Shown in pieces: positions 1 to 9,257 of a stretch of 28,827 nucleotides of DNA. The DNA comes from a virus (Duplodnaviria; Caudoviricetes). The position numbers and the translations under genes are program-made. The notes beneath the pieces are model-generated. The model did no database searches and was not told where the DNA came from. It saw only the letters and a list, made by a program, of their open reading frames with translations. The first letter of the stretch is position 1. Each line of letters starts with the position of its first letter. The stretch covers positions 1 to 28,827 of IMG/VR virus record IMGVR_UViG_3300044657_001301, one strand, 5' to 3'.

Positions 1-566
1 ATCTAGCATTAAATAATATATTGGAAATTAGTTTTCCGAGGAGACAAGATACAATAAACGAAATTCAATATGGTGGTATGACTTCCGAGACGGTTGAGAT
101 TGATGTTTTGAAAAAGCAATATCAACTGTTTCCGTACAATTACAAAAATGAATTTGAAAAATATACTCATCTAGATCAAAATGTCAAGTCGCCTCACACT
201 CAAGCGTTTATTGATAAGTATTTTGCTAATCCAGATAATAAAGTTGTTAGTGATGTAATATTTGTTGATGTTGAAAGACCGAATCAAAAATACAGAGAAA
301 TATCAGCGCAGCGTAGGTCATCGTCTTTCTTTTTAAATAGTATTGTAGCTAAGATTGAGATATATGGTAGAAACGATTTATTTGCTGGCGACATTATTCG
401 TATGAACCTTCCACAATATGAAGTTGTAGAAGGTGAAAAGGAATTACATCAGAGTTTATCAGGTTATTGGATGGTCAATGAGATGATCCACAAAATGGAA
501 GGTAAGGAATACAGAATGGAAGTAACGGTGACAAAGGATCTTCCAAAGGCTGGAGGAGTTGACTAA
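1..566 (+). CDS. Baseplate hub-like protein (gp27/gp44-like), 5'-truncated by the window
   Basis: The frame is open from base 3 to the TTG at 21, so the gene probably starts upstream. The C-terminal pattern (IYGRNDLFAGDII...LSGYWMVNEMIH) resembles hub proteins, and the stop overlaps the gp5 start (TAATG). Confidence 0.55.
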   Translation, partial: LALNNILEISFPRRQDTINEIQYGGMTSETVEIDVLKKQYQLFPYNYKNEFEKYTHLDQNVKSPHTQAFIDKYFANPDNKVVSDVIFVDVERPNQKYREISAQRRSSSFFLNSIVAKIEIYGRNDLFAGDIIRMNLPQYEVVEGEKELHQSLSGYWMVNEMIHKMEGKEYRMEVTVTKDLPKAGGVD

Positions 567-2020
567 TGGCACAAGGTGGTTTTAAAAACTTACTTTGGTT
601 TCTTGGTGTTGTTGAGGATAGATCAGATCCTCGCAGACTTGGACGTATCAAAGTAAGATGTTTCGACATTCATCCAGATAACAAAGATCAGGTTCCAACC
701 GAAGATCTGCCATGGGCTATTCCAGTCCTTGGTGGCTATGATACAAACTACAAACCTCCACTTGAGGGATCTTGGGTATTTGGTTTCTTCTTGGATGGTG
801 AAGATGCTCAACATCCTATGGTGATGGGTCTCGTTCCAGGCGTCACAACAACATCAGCAAATCCCGATGGCGCATTTAGTGGTTTTGACTATTTTCCAAA
901 AGTCGAAGATCTTTATCAACCAGACATGCCTCGTCTTTCTCGCGGTGAGAATATCGAAGAAACAAACGTAGCTCGCCGTTATATTAACAGAGAATCGAAT
1001 ATTGGTTATGGTTGGGAAGAACCCAATCCCCCATACAATGCAGAATATCCTTATAATAAGATATATCAGACAGAATCTGGTCATGTTATGGAGTTTGACG
1101 ACACTCCTGGATCAGAACGAATCAATATTGAGCATTTGACTGGTACGTTTACTGAGATTGCACCAAACGGTTCTAAGACAACGAAGGTTGTTGGCGATAA
1201 CTATACAATCATCGAAAGTAATGATAAGGTATTCATCAAAGGCAATGCAGATGTTGTAATCTATGGCGCAAAGACAGTTAACATTGAGGGCGATTGCAAT
1301 TTAACAGTTGACGGAACTATGAAAACAACTGTTCATGGTGATTATAACTTAGACGTTGCTGGCGCTATCAACATCAATTCTGGTCAAACATTCTTCCTCA
1401 AAAGCTCTGGGATCCGTCAAGAAGCATACCTCGATAGTATCAATCATTATGCTAGAGAGAACTATCATGTACAAGCTCGTAAGAATGTGAGTCTTCATGC
1501 TAACACTGGTACAATGAGTTTCTATTCATTAAGTACAATGCATCAAGAAACAGGCGCAACATATAACGTATTCGTTTCTGGTTCTAAAAACGAAAAGATT
1601 GGATCAAATTACGCTCAGCAAGTTTCTGGCTCGACCAGCATTGATAGTATTGGTGCTTATAAGTGGCACTTGAGCAGTACATATAATAGAGAAATTGAAG
1701 GAGCATCATACTTTAGGTTTGATGGAGACAGAAGTATTCACCTTGGTGCAGATACTTACTCCAGACACGATACTGGTGTAGATTATAGTTGTTCTACTGA
1801 CCCCGTTCGGACAAGCACTAATAATTGTACAGATGTTCTAGGTCACACTCTCGGAAGTAATGGATCAGCTCATGTTGATCCCACTCCATCATTAAGAACT
1901 CTATTGGGCAATCCACCCGATTATTATTTCACAAAGAAAGTCGATCTAACAGTAGATCCCTATTCAATCTTTACGGATCCTGTTACAGATGATCCAGATA
2001 CGCATGATAAGGAAGATTAA
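566..2020 (+). CDS. gp5: Baseplate central spike, T4 gp5-like (OB-fold plus beta-helix), no lysozyme domain visible
   Basis: It has the N-terminal WFLGVVEDRSDPRRLGRIKVRC...LPWA OB-fold motif and the YPYNKIYQTESGHVMEFDDTPGSERI gp5 motif, followed by VxGD/VxGN beta-helix repeats. Confidence 0.9.
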   Translation: MAQGGFKNLLWFLGVVEDRSDPRRLGRIKVRCFDIHPDNKDQVPTEDLPWAIPVLGGYDTNYKPPLEGSWVFGFFLDGEDAQHPMVMGLVPGVTTTSANPDGAFSGFDYFPKVEDLYQPDMPRLSRGENIEETNVARRYINRESNIGYGWEEPNPPYNAEYPYNKIYQTESGHVMEFDDTPGSERINIEHLTGTFTEIAPNGSKTTKVVGDNYTIIESNDKVFIKGNADVVIYGAKTVNIEGDCNLTVDGTMKTTVHGDYNLDVAGAININSGQTFFLKSSGIRQEAYLDSINHYARENYHVQARKNVSLHANTGTMSFYSLSTMHQETGATYNVFVSGSKNEKIGSNYAQQVSGSTSIDSIGAYKWHLSSTYNREIEGASYFRFDGDRSIHLGADTYSRHDTGVDYSCSTDPVRTSTNNCTDVLGHTLGSNGSAHVDPTPSLRTLLGNPPDYYFTKKVDLTVDPYSIFTDPVTDDPDTHDKED

Positions 2021-2022
2021 TC

Positions 2023-3792
2023 ATGACGCTTGAATCTGTAAAAGTACCTCAGTTGCCACTTGACAGTTTGATGGAAACATCATCTCAAGCTGTAGAGCAG
2101 GCTCCTGCAACAGCTCAACAGATATTCACGCCTGATAAGATGCAGGCATTTAAAACTAATATGCAAGTTGCACTCGACAGCTTTGGAACAGACTTGCCAA
2201 CTGAATTACAAGGTTTGTCTTCTCAATTAGAACTGTCGAATAGTAAACTAGCTGACGTATTAGATGCCTCTGGATATACTGCTTTAGACATTGATAGTTT
2301 CGATTTCTCTATTGAGTCGTTGAGTGACATTTCAACTTCGATCACCTCTTTTGATAATATGGCAGCTGGTGGTTGTGACGTTCTACAAAATGCGTTAAGA
2401 CAGATTACTGACCTCAGTGAGCTTTCGCTTGACGATATGGATATAGCTGGTGCTGCAGGTAATTTCATTGGAGGTATTGAAACAGATATTCAATCCCTTG
2501 TAAGTGGAGCTGCGCAGTCTGCAGCTAGTATTGCAGATGATCTAATTGGATCTGCTAATGATTTAGCAAGTGGTATTTCTTCTCAATTAACTTCCCTCTC
2601 TGAAATTAATCCAGGAGATGTGTTAAAGTCTCTTGAGGATAGCGCTGCTGGATTTTTGGGTTCTGTTGGTGGAGCATTAGACTCTCTAAAATCGGGTATT
2701 GAAAGTATTGATGTTGGCGATATGTTGAATATCACATCTGGATGTGCTGCAGCGACTAAGGCTAGCATTCAAACGCAAGCTAAGAATACCAAAAAGAATA
2801 TTGATAAGCTCAAAGCGAATGCTACGACTGCAAACATTGACAAAGAGATTGCTGATCTTGCTGAGTCCTTTCAAACAGCGAAGGCATCGGAGGATGTATT
2901 TAAGATAACTGCAGGTAGTGTCAGTGAAGAAACGCTTGCTCATGTTCGTAACAGCCTGACAAAGACGGTAGAGATAGCAGAAGAATTTGCAAAGGATGAA
3001 AATATTCAGTCAGCCTTAGCGCAAACAGTTTCATCCGCTAAACAAATTGCTGAAAAGAATGCAGATGCAGATACCACTGCTTTGAACAATCTACACAAAA
3101 CTCAAATTGCACAGGCAAACCAAAAAAGAGATGCGCAAATTGAAGCTGCTCTCTTACAGGCAAAAGATAAACTCAATAAAGTGCCAGAAATAATGGCTAA
3201 ATTGGCAAATACAAGCAGGAAGAGATCTTTGGAACCAGCCCAAGCTGGCAGAGACATTGTTGAGAGAAAAGAGGTGCTGAAAGTAACATCAGCCGTTACT
3301 GTTATCAAACCAGCGCAGTTTAATCCAAGCAATTATAGATCTAGTACAGCCAGTCGTCTAAATTCACTCAATCCAGCTGTGAGAGTAACATTTGCCTCTG
3401 CAATTGAGAAGTTTATCGAAGATTACTATGCGAGTGGATTTGATATTCGCATTACATCTAGTTTGAGAAGTATAACCAAACAGAGATCTTTATATAATAA
3501 ATTAAAACCTCTGGGTCAGCCTGTAGCCTTTCCTGGTAATAGTTGGCACAACTATGGTATGGCTATTGACGTTCAAGTATTTAAAGATGGTTCGCCTCTA
3601 GCTCGTGACAATGCCGTTTATACGGGTATATTGAGACAGACGTTTGCACAGTTCAATCTAACAAACCCATTTGCTGGAGATAGAATTCATTTTCAACCTA
3701 CACAAATTGCAACCAGTCCAAAAAACATTAAAAATGGTTTACTTGTAGCTGGTAGAGTTAATACCAAAGCTGTATCAGCTTTGGTTGGTTAA
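2023..3792 (+). CDS. Probable virion-associated peptidoglycan hydrolase: long Ala/Ser/Gln-rich helical region plus C-terminal M15-family Zn peptidase
   Basis: The C-terminus reads RSITKQRSLY...PGNSWHNYGMAIDV...GDRIHFQ, matching the M15 R..Q, SxHxxGxAxD and DxxH motifs (about 3340-3700). The gene sits between gp5 and gp25. Confidence 0.75.
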   Translation: MTLESVKVPQLPLDSLMETSSQAVEQAPATAQQIFTPDKMQAFKTNMQVALDSFGTDLPTELQGLSSQLELSNSKLADVLDASGYTALDIDSFDFSIESLSDISTSITSFDNMAAGGCDVLQNALRQITDLSELSLDDMDIAGAAGNFIGGIETDIQSLVSGAAQSAASIADDLIGSANDLASGISSQLTSLSEINPGDVLKSLEDSAAGFLGSVGGALDSLKSGIESIDVGDMLNITSGCAAATKASIQTQAKNTKKNIDKLKANATTANIDKEIADLAESFQTAKASEDVFKITAGSVSEETLAHVRNSLTKTVEIAEEFAKDENIQSALAQTVSSAKQIAEKNADADTTALNNLHKTQIAQANQKRDAQIEAALLQAKDKLNKVPEIMAKLANTSRKRSLEPAQAGRDIVERKEVLKVTSAVTVIKPAQFNPSNYRSSTASRLNSLNPAVRVTFASAIEKFIEDYYASGFDIRITSSLRSITKQRSLYNKLKPLGQPVAFPGNSWHNYGMAIDVQVFKDGSPLARDNAVYTGILRQTFAQFNLTNPFAGDRIHFQPTQIATSPKNIKNGLLVAGRVNTKAVSALVG

Positions 3793-3800
3793 TATAAATA
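3793..3800 (+). promoter_or_regulatory. T4-type late promoter TATAAATA
   Basis: Exact consensus in the intergenic gap, followed by an AGGAG RBS and the gp25 ATG at 3824. Confidence 0.8.
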
Positions 3801-3823
3801 AAATAAAGTATTAGGAGACATTA

Positions 3824-4228
3824 ATGGCTCGTTCGCCGCTCACAGCAAGGGTAATTTACTCAGATATCTTTACGAATCTGGACATACATCCCGTGAATAA
3901 AGGTGTTCTGCGTAAGACGAACGTAGATGCTGTTAAGCAGTCTATTCGTAATATCCTTTTGACAGATAAGGGTGAGAGACCATTTCAACCAAACTTTGGT
4001 GGAAACATTAGAGCATTGCTTTTTGATAACGCAACGCCACAGACATTTGACTTTGCAAAACAAAATATCAGAGCAGCAATTGAATCTTATGAACCAAGAG
4101 CTGATGTCATGGATGTTGTTATAAGTGGTGAAATTGACCGTAACGAAATCTCTATCACAATCGTTTTCAGAGTAATAAATATAGAAACCCCTGTAACATT
4201 AGAAGTTGTCTTAGAAAGAGTAAGATAA
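3824..4228 (+). CDS. gp25: Baseplate wedge subunit gp25-like
   Basis: 134 aa with AVKQSIRNILLTDKGERPFQPNFGGNI...YEPRA, the typical gp25/GPW signature. Confidence 0.92.
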   Translation: MARSPLTARVIYSDIFTNLDIHPVNKGVLRKTNVDAVKQSIRNILLTDKGERPFQPNFGGNIRALLFDNATPQTFDFAKQNIRAAIESYEPRADVMDVVISGEIDRNEISITIVFRVINIETPVTLEVVLERVR

Positions 4229-6007
4229 ATGGCAAGCACACCTATTGCACAGCTTGATTTTGATCAAATCAAGAATAATATTAAAACGTATTTGCAGGGG
4301 CAAACACAGTTTGCTGATTATGATTATGACGGATCAACATTATCCGTTCTACTTGATGTTCTTGCATACAATACTTTCTATAATAACTTCTACTCAAACA
4401 TGGCTCTGGGAGAGATGTTCCTAGACTCAGCACAGCTTCGCTCATCTATTGTTTCTCACTGTAAAGAACTTAACTATCTTCCAAGATCATATCGCTCTTC
4501 TCGCGCAACTGTTACTCTGACTTTCTCTCCAGGTGACTCTCCATCATTCATCACAATTCCTAAGGGAACCAAGTTCACAACACAAGTTGACGGAACAACC
4601 TACACATTTAACACAGATATTGCTTATACTGTAAAACCAGTCGATGGTGTGTATTCTCTTACTAACGTTCAGATATTTGAAGGAACATTGGAAACTGAAT
4701 TGTACTCAGTAACTGCAACTTCCAAGTATACTATTTCAAATGATCAAGTTGATACCGATAGTGTGGATGTGAGATTATTTGCTTCTTCAGCATCTGGAGC
4801 AGCAGTTGACGAATATGTTTTCAAACCAAATCTGTTTGATGTTACGGCAGCACAAAAGGTTTATTATTTACAGCCAGCCGAAAAGCAAAGTTATGAAGTT
4901 ACATTTGGTAACAATGCATTTGGTAGAGAGCCAATAATTGGTGAGGTTGTTGAGATTAGCTATCGAGTGTCTTCAGGCACAAATCCCAATGGAGCTACGA
5001 CATTTACTCCAACAGGAACCATCTCTGGCTACACAGCAACAGTAACAACAACAGTTAATTCTGAAGCTGGGGCTGAAAGAGAGTCACTTGAGTCAATTAA
5101 ATTTTATGCACCAAAGTCTATTCAAATTCAAGAAAGAGCTGTTACTGAATCAGATTATGAAAATCTATTGAAAAATGAATTTGCTGAGATTCAAGCAGTC
5201 TCGGTTTATGGTGGAGAAGAACTAACTCCTCCGAGGTATGGTAGAGTGATCGTTGCTGTCGATGTTTCGGGTGCTGATGGAGTATCTGAAAATAACAAAG
5301 TTAAATATGCTAACTTCCTTAATGATCGTTGCCCTCTCTCCATTGAACCTGTTATAGTTTCACCGGACTTCTTATATGTTCGTGTGATTAGCACTGTTTT
5401 CTATAATACGAAACTCTCAGCTAAGTCAGATGGTCAAATTGAAACAATTGTTAGAAATGCAATCTCTGGTTATAATACAAGCTCCTTAGCAGATTTTTCC
5501 AAGAATGCAAGGCAATCTAGACTTGCAAGAGCGATTGATGATTCCGATTCAGCTATTGTATCTAATGATACAGAACTTCAGATGATTATTGATCTGAATC
5601 CATTACCTAATGTTGCAACAACATATTCCTTCTCATATAAGAATGCTTTGGTTGTTGATCACCCTCTTGAACTAGGCGAAGATATTACTGCTCATAAGTC
5701 TGCTGTTAAGTCTTCAAACTTTGTTTACAATAATACAACAGCATTTATTCAAGATGAAGGGAATGGTATTCTGCAGATCCTTACCAATGCAGCTGATGGA
5801 TTCCTTATTCTCGACACAAATATTGGGACGGTAAACTATGAAACTGGTGCAATTACAATTAATAACCTAACTGTACCATCTTTTACGGGGTCAGCTATTA
5901 AGTTGTATGGCAGACCAAGAATTCAGGATATTATTGGTCCAAAGGATAGAATTATCTCAATTAGAGATACTGATGTAGGCGTTGAAGTAGAGGCGGCTGA
6001 AATTTAA
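4229..6007 (+). CDS. gp6: Baseplate wedge subunit gp6-like
   Basis: It has the LDFDQIKNNIKTYL...DYDYDGSTLSVLLDVLAYNT...EMFLDSAQLRSSIVSH N-terminus and the QERAVTESDY motif, and directly follows gp25. Confidence 0.92.
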   Translation: MASTPIAQLDFDQIKNNIKTYLQGQTQFADYDYDGSTLSVLLDVLAYNTFYNNFYSNMALGEMFLDSAQLRSSIVSHCKELNYLPRSYRSSRATVTLTFSPGDSPSFITIPKGTKFTTQVDGTTYTFNTDIAYTVKPVDGVYSLTNVQIFEGTLETELYSVTATSKYTISNDQVDTDSVDVRLFASSASGAAVDEYVFKPNLFDVTAAQKVYYLQPAEKQSYEVTFGNNAFGREPIIGEVVEISYRVSSGTNPNGATTFTPTGTISGYTATVTTTVNSEAGAERESLESIKFYAPKSIQIQERAVTESDYENLLKNEFAEIQAVSVYGGEELTPPRYGRVIVAVDVSGADGVSENNKVKYANFLNDRCPLSIEPVIVSPDFLYVRVISTVFYNTKLSAKSDGQIETIVRNAISGYNTSSLADFSKNARQSRLARAIDDSDSAIVSNDTELQMIIDLNPLPNVATTYSFSYKNALVVDHPLELGEDITAHKSAVKSSNFVYNNTTAFIQDEGNGILQILTNAADGFLILDTNIGTVNYETGAITINNLTVPSFTGSAIKLYGRPRIQDIIGPKDRIISIRDTDVGVEVEAAEI

Positions 6008-9000
6008 TGCATGATATAAGTCAAAAAATTTCAGGGTATATTGAAAACCATTTTCCTAGTATTTACAGGGAAGATGGACCAGTACTTGTGGATTTTATTC
6101 AGGCTTACTTCGAATTTCTTGAAAGAAACGAATACGCAGCCACTAAACTTAGCAGGTCAATGTTTGCAAATAGAGATATTGACGAGTCTCTGGATGCATT
6201 TATAATTCATTTCAAAGAACAGTTTCTAGCAGATTTTGACTTTTCCACAGTAGTTGATAAAAGATTTTTAATTAAGAACATTATGGATTACTATCGCTCT
6301 AAGGGTACACCAAGAGCTGCTAAACTTCTTATTCGATTTGCCTTTAATGAAGATACCGATATCTATCTACCAGGTAGAGATGTACTAAAACCATCTGATA
6401 GTAAATGGACTAGACCAGTCTATCTAGAATTGACTAAAAGCGCGCGAACTGCTTCATTTATTGATCAGCAGATTACTGGTTCAATTTCTGGCGCAACAGC
6501 CTTTGTAGAGAGTGTTGTTACAAAAAAAATTAATGGTAAAATAATTGACGTTGCCTACTTGAGCAACGTGAGGGGAACTTTTATTACGGGAGATCTTGTT
6601 TCCGCTGATAGTACTATATTAAATGCACCAAAAGTTGTAGGATCTTTGTCAACACTAACTGTTCTTAATGGTGGTCAAAATAATGTAATTGGAGATATAT
6701 TTGAGGTCCTTCATACATCTGGTAAACAGGGACAAGCGCGCGTAACAGGCATTGAAAATGCAACTGGTCGTGTTGAGTTTGAACTTGTAGATGGCGGTAC
6801 TGGTTATACCCTGAACACACCAGATGATGGTAACGACACAAACGACTATACAAAAGTGAGAGTTGCAACAGCTATGTTGTTTGTCGACAACTCAAACACA
6901 TCAAACCAATTCCTTCAATTTGAAACGGTACGGCAAGATAAAGAACAAGTAACAGCACTCAGCGCCAATGATGTTGTAACAGCTTATGCTAATACTTCTG
7001 CTGGAGATTACCTGCTGGGTGTCAAAACATATGTGGATAGTTACACAGCAAATACCACTAACGGTCCTGGTTTTGATAGAACTGTTAGTACAGATCTTAT
7101 TGTTGTTACTGTTGATGATGTAGAAATTGCAAATACAGAATATACTGTAACCTCAGCCAATGTTATTTTTGATAGTGATCCTTCTGATGGAGCTATTGTA
7201 AAACTAGTTAATTATAACGTTGTAGCAAATGGTATAATCTCAACAATTACTGAAATTGGCTCAAATGTTGTTTCAGAAATGGTTTTGTCATCTGGAACAT
7301 TTGGCACTCAATTAAGTATGGACTTTTCAAATAATGCTCCATATGCCAGTGGAGAAATAATTTTTGAAGAGCAGGACTGGGAACTAACGGTATCAGATAC
7401 GAGTGGGTTCTCTAATGATGATATCGTAGAAATGAAAGTATATACGCTGTCAGATGCAAATACATTATATCTAACGTCATATGCATATGGAACAGTGGCT
7501 AATGTAACCAACTCAAGCATTATGTCTCTAACTAATGCCTTCGGTGCATTTGAAGCCAATGGTGAGATTCAAATTCAGGGTGATGCATCAGCTAATGCTA
7601 CAATTGTCAGCGCAGATGTCACGCTTCCTGGCGCTACAGGAATACTAAGCAGTCAGACAGATGCTAACACATGGATTGTTAGAGAAGTCTCCGGTGCATT
7701 TACACCAGGAAAACTAGTAATTGGTCAACGGTCCAGAAACGTTGATGCTGTATCTTCAGTTTCTAATACAGCTGCAAGTGAAATTTGGTACAATGGCAAC
7801 TCTGCTGCCAATGGTGTAATTGATAGTACTTCAAATACAAGTACACAAGGTATTGTAGTTGGACAAAACACAACTTCAGTGGGACTGTTTGGAAACACTA
7901 GTCCGTTCTTATTCTTAGAGGGCGCGGGCATGTCAATTCAAACTGTTAGACAAGAAATTAAAGAACATGACCTCCTTGCCTCGCCTAACTTGGATCTAGA
8001 AATCACGAGATTAGGAACGGGAAGTGGTGCTACATTCTTGCCAGGAAGTCTTGAAAATGAAGAAGATGTGACATTAAATCTAGATCTGTTAAGCGCTAAT
8101 AATACAGCAAACGTTGCGTTCATGGATATTGGTGTCAGTGCAGGAAACTCTGGTATTGGATTTGTTGAAAGTGTTATAATCTACAGTGGCGGAACTCTTT
8201 ATTCCAATGGACAAGTATTAACATTTACTGGTGGTGGGTATGCTGGAGGTAATCCAACAATTACTGCAGTTGGTACAATTACAACTGACGGCAGTGGAGT
8301 AATTACAGCAATAACAATGACTAATCCAGGTGAAGGATATTATACTGTGCCATCATTTAGCCTACCATCTACTGGGGGAGATGTTGCTAACGTAGAATTG
8401 AATATGGCATTTGGTTACGGCTTTGTAAAGAGCCCAACAGGTAATGCTAACAGTACCTTTAGTGAGATGTTTAGTTTTGACACATTTACAATGGGTGAAA
8501 TTTCAGCTTTGACGAGAATCAATCCGGGCAGCGACTACAATACGGATCCACATATCTCCGTTCATAATCCATATGTAGCAGGATTTCAAAGAAAGAGCAT
8601 TCTTTTGAATATCAGTATTATTTCTGGATCATTTGCTGTGGGAGAAGTGATTAGACAAGATGGAATCAATAAAGGCGAGGTTGTATCGGCTTCTCTCACG
8701 CAACTTATACTCAAAAGAACTTCATTTAACACATCTTTTAATGTTAATAATATTACTGGTGCTACAACCTCGTCGATCGCAAGCGTCAGTTCAGTAGCCA
8801 CTGTTGAGGACTCTCTTGCTATGGGTGAAAATGCTGTTATTACTGGCACAGTAATTGTGGCAGATGGCGTTGCAACTGATCTAGAAATTACTGATTCGGG
8901 TTATGGTTATAATAACGAAGCAAGTGTGACATTAAGTCGTCCAGAGAATCCAAGTGTAGTAACTGCTACAACTGGAGTTACCCAACAAGGTATTGGAAGT

Positions 9001-9249
9001 GGGTTCTGGACAACAGAGAACTCTCACCTAAACTCTAATAAAAAGATTCATGACAACAGATACTATCAGGAATATTCCTATGATATTCAAACTGGTATAT
9101 CTTTAGATCGTTATAGAAGACTTGTGAAAGATGTTCTTCATGTTGCAGGAACTGAGCTTTTTGGCACAGTAATTAAAAATAGTAATATAAATATTAATAC
9201 TACTACAGCTACTACAACAGTAGATACCGTTTCAACCTCCTTATCGTAA
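6007..9249 (+). CDS. gp7: Baseplate wedge initiator gp7-like
   Basis: It has the N-terminal FIQAYFEFL...IKNIMDYYRSKGT and the C-terminal IHDNRYYQEYSYDI...VLHVAGTELFG, and lies between gp6 and gp8. Confidence 0.75.
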   Translation: MHDISQKISGYIENHFPSIYREDGPVLVDFIQAYFEFLERNEYAATKLSRSMFANRDIDESLDAFIIHFKEQFLADFDFSTVVDKRFLIKNIMDYYRSKGTPRAAKLLIRFAFNEDTDIYLPGRDVLKPSDSKWTRPVYLELTKSARTASFIDQQITGSISGATAFVESVVTKKINGKIIDVAYLSNVRGTFITGDLVSADSTILNAPKVVGSLSTLTVLNGGQNNVIGDIFEVLHTSGKQGQARVTGIENATGRVEFELVDGGTGYTLNTPDDGNDTNDYTKVRVATAMLFVDNSNTSNQFLQFETVRQDKEQVTALSANDVVTAYANTSAGDYLLGVKTYVDSYTANTTNGPGFDRTVSTDLIVVTVDDVEIANTEYTVTSANVIFDSDPSDGAIVKLVNYNVVANGIISTITEIGSNVVSEMVLSSGTFGTQLSMDFSNNAPYASGEIIFEEQDWELTVSDTSGFSNDDIVEMKVYTLSDANTLYLTSYAYGTVANVTNSSIMSLTNAFGAFEANGEIQIQGDASANATIVSADVTLPGATGILSSQTDANTWIVREVSGAFTPGKLVIGQRSRNVDAVSSVSNTAASEIWYNGNSAANGVIDSTSNTSTQGIVVGQNTTSVGLFGNTSPFLFLEGAGMSIQTVRQEIKEHDLLASPNLDLEITRLGTGSGATFLPGSLENEEDVTLNLDLLSANNTANVAFMDIGVSAGNSGIGFVESVIIYSGGTLYSNGQVLTFTGGGYAGGNPTITAVGTITTDGSGVITAITMTNPGEGYYTVPSFSLPSTGGDVANVELNMAFGYGFVKSPTGNANSTFSEMFSFDTFTMGEISALTRINPGSDYNTDPHISVHNPYVAGFQRKSILLNISIISGSFAVGEVIRQDGINKGEVVSASLTQLILKRTSFNTSFNVNNITGATTSSIASVSSVATVEDSLAMGENAVITGTVIVADGVATDLEITDSGYGYNNEASVTLSRPENPSVVTATTGVTQQGIGSGFWTTENSHLNSNKKIHDNRYYQEYSYDIQTGISLDRYRRLVKDVLHVAGTELFGTVIKNSNININTTTATTTVDTVSTSLS
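9186..9193 (+). promoter_or_regulatory. Putative late promoter TATAAATA
   Basis: Exact motif in the 3' end of gp7, about 65 bp before the gp8 start. Confidence 0.55.
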
Positions 9250-9257
9250 GCAGAGAT

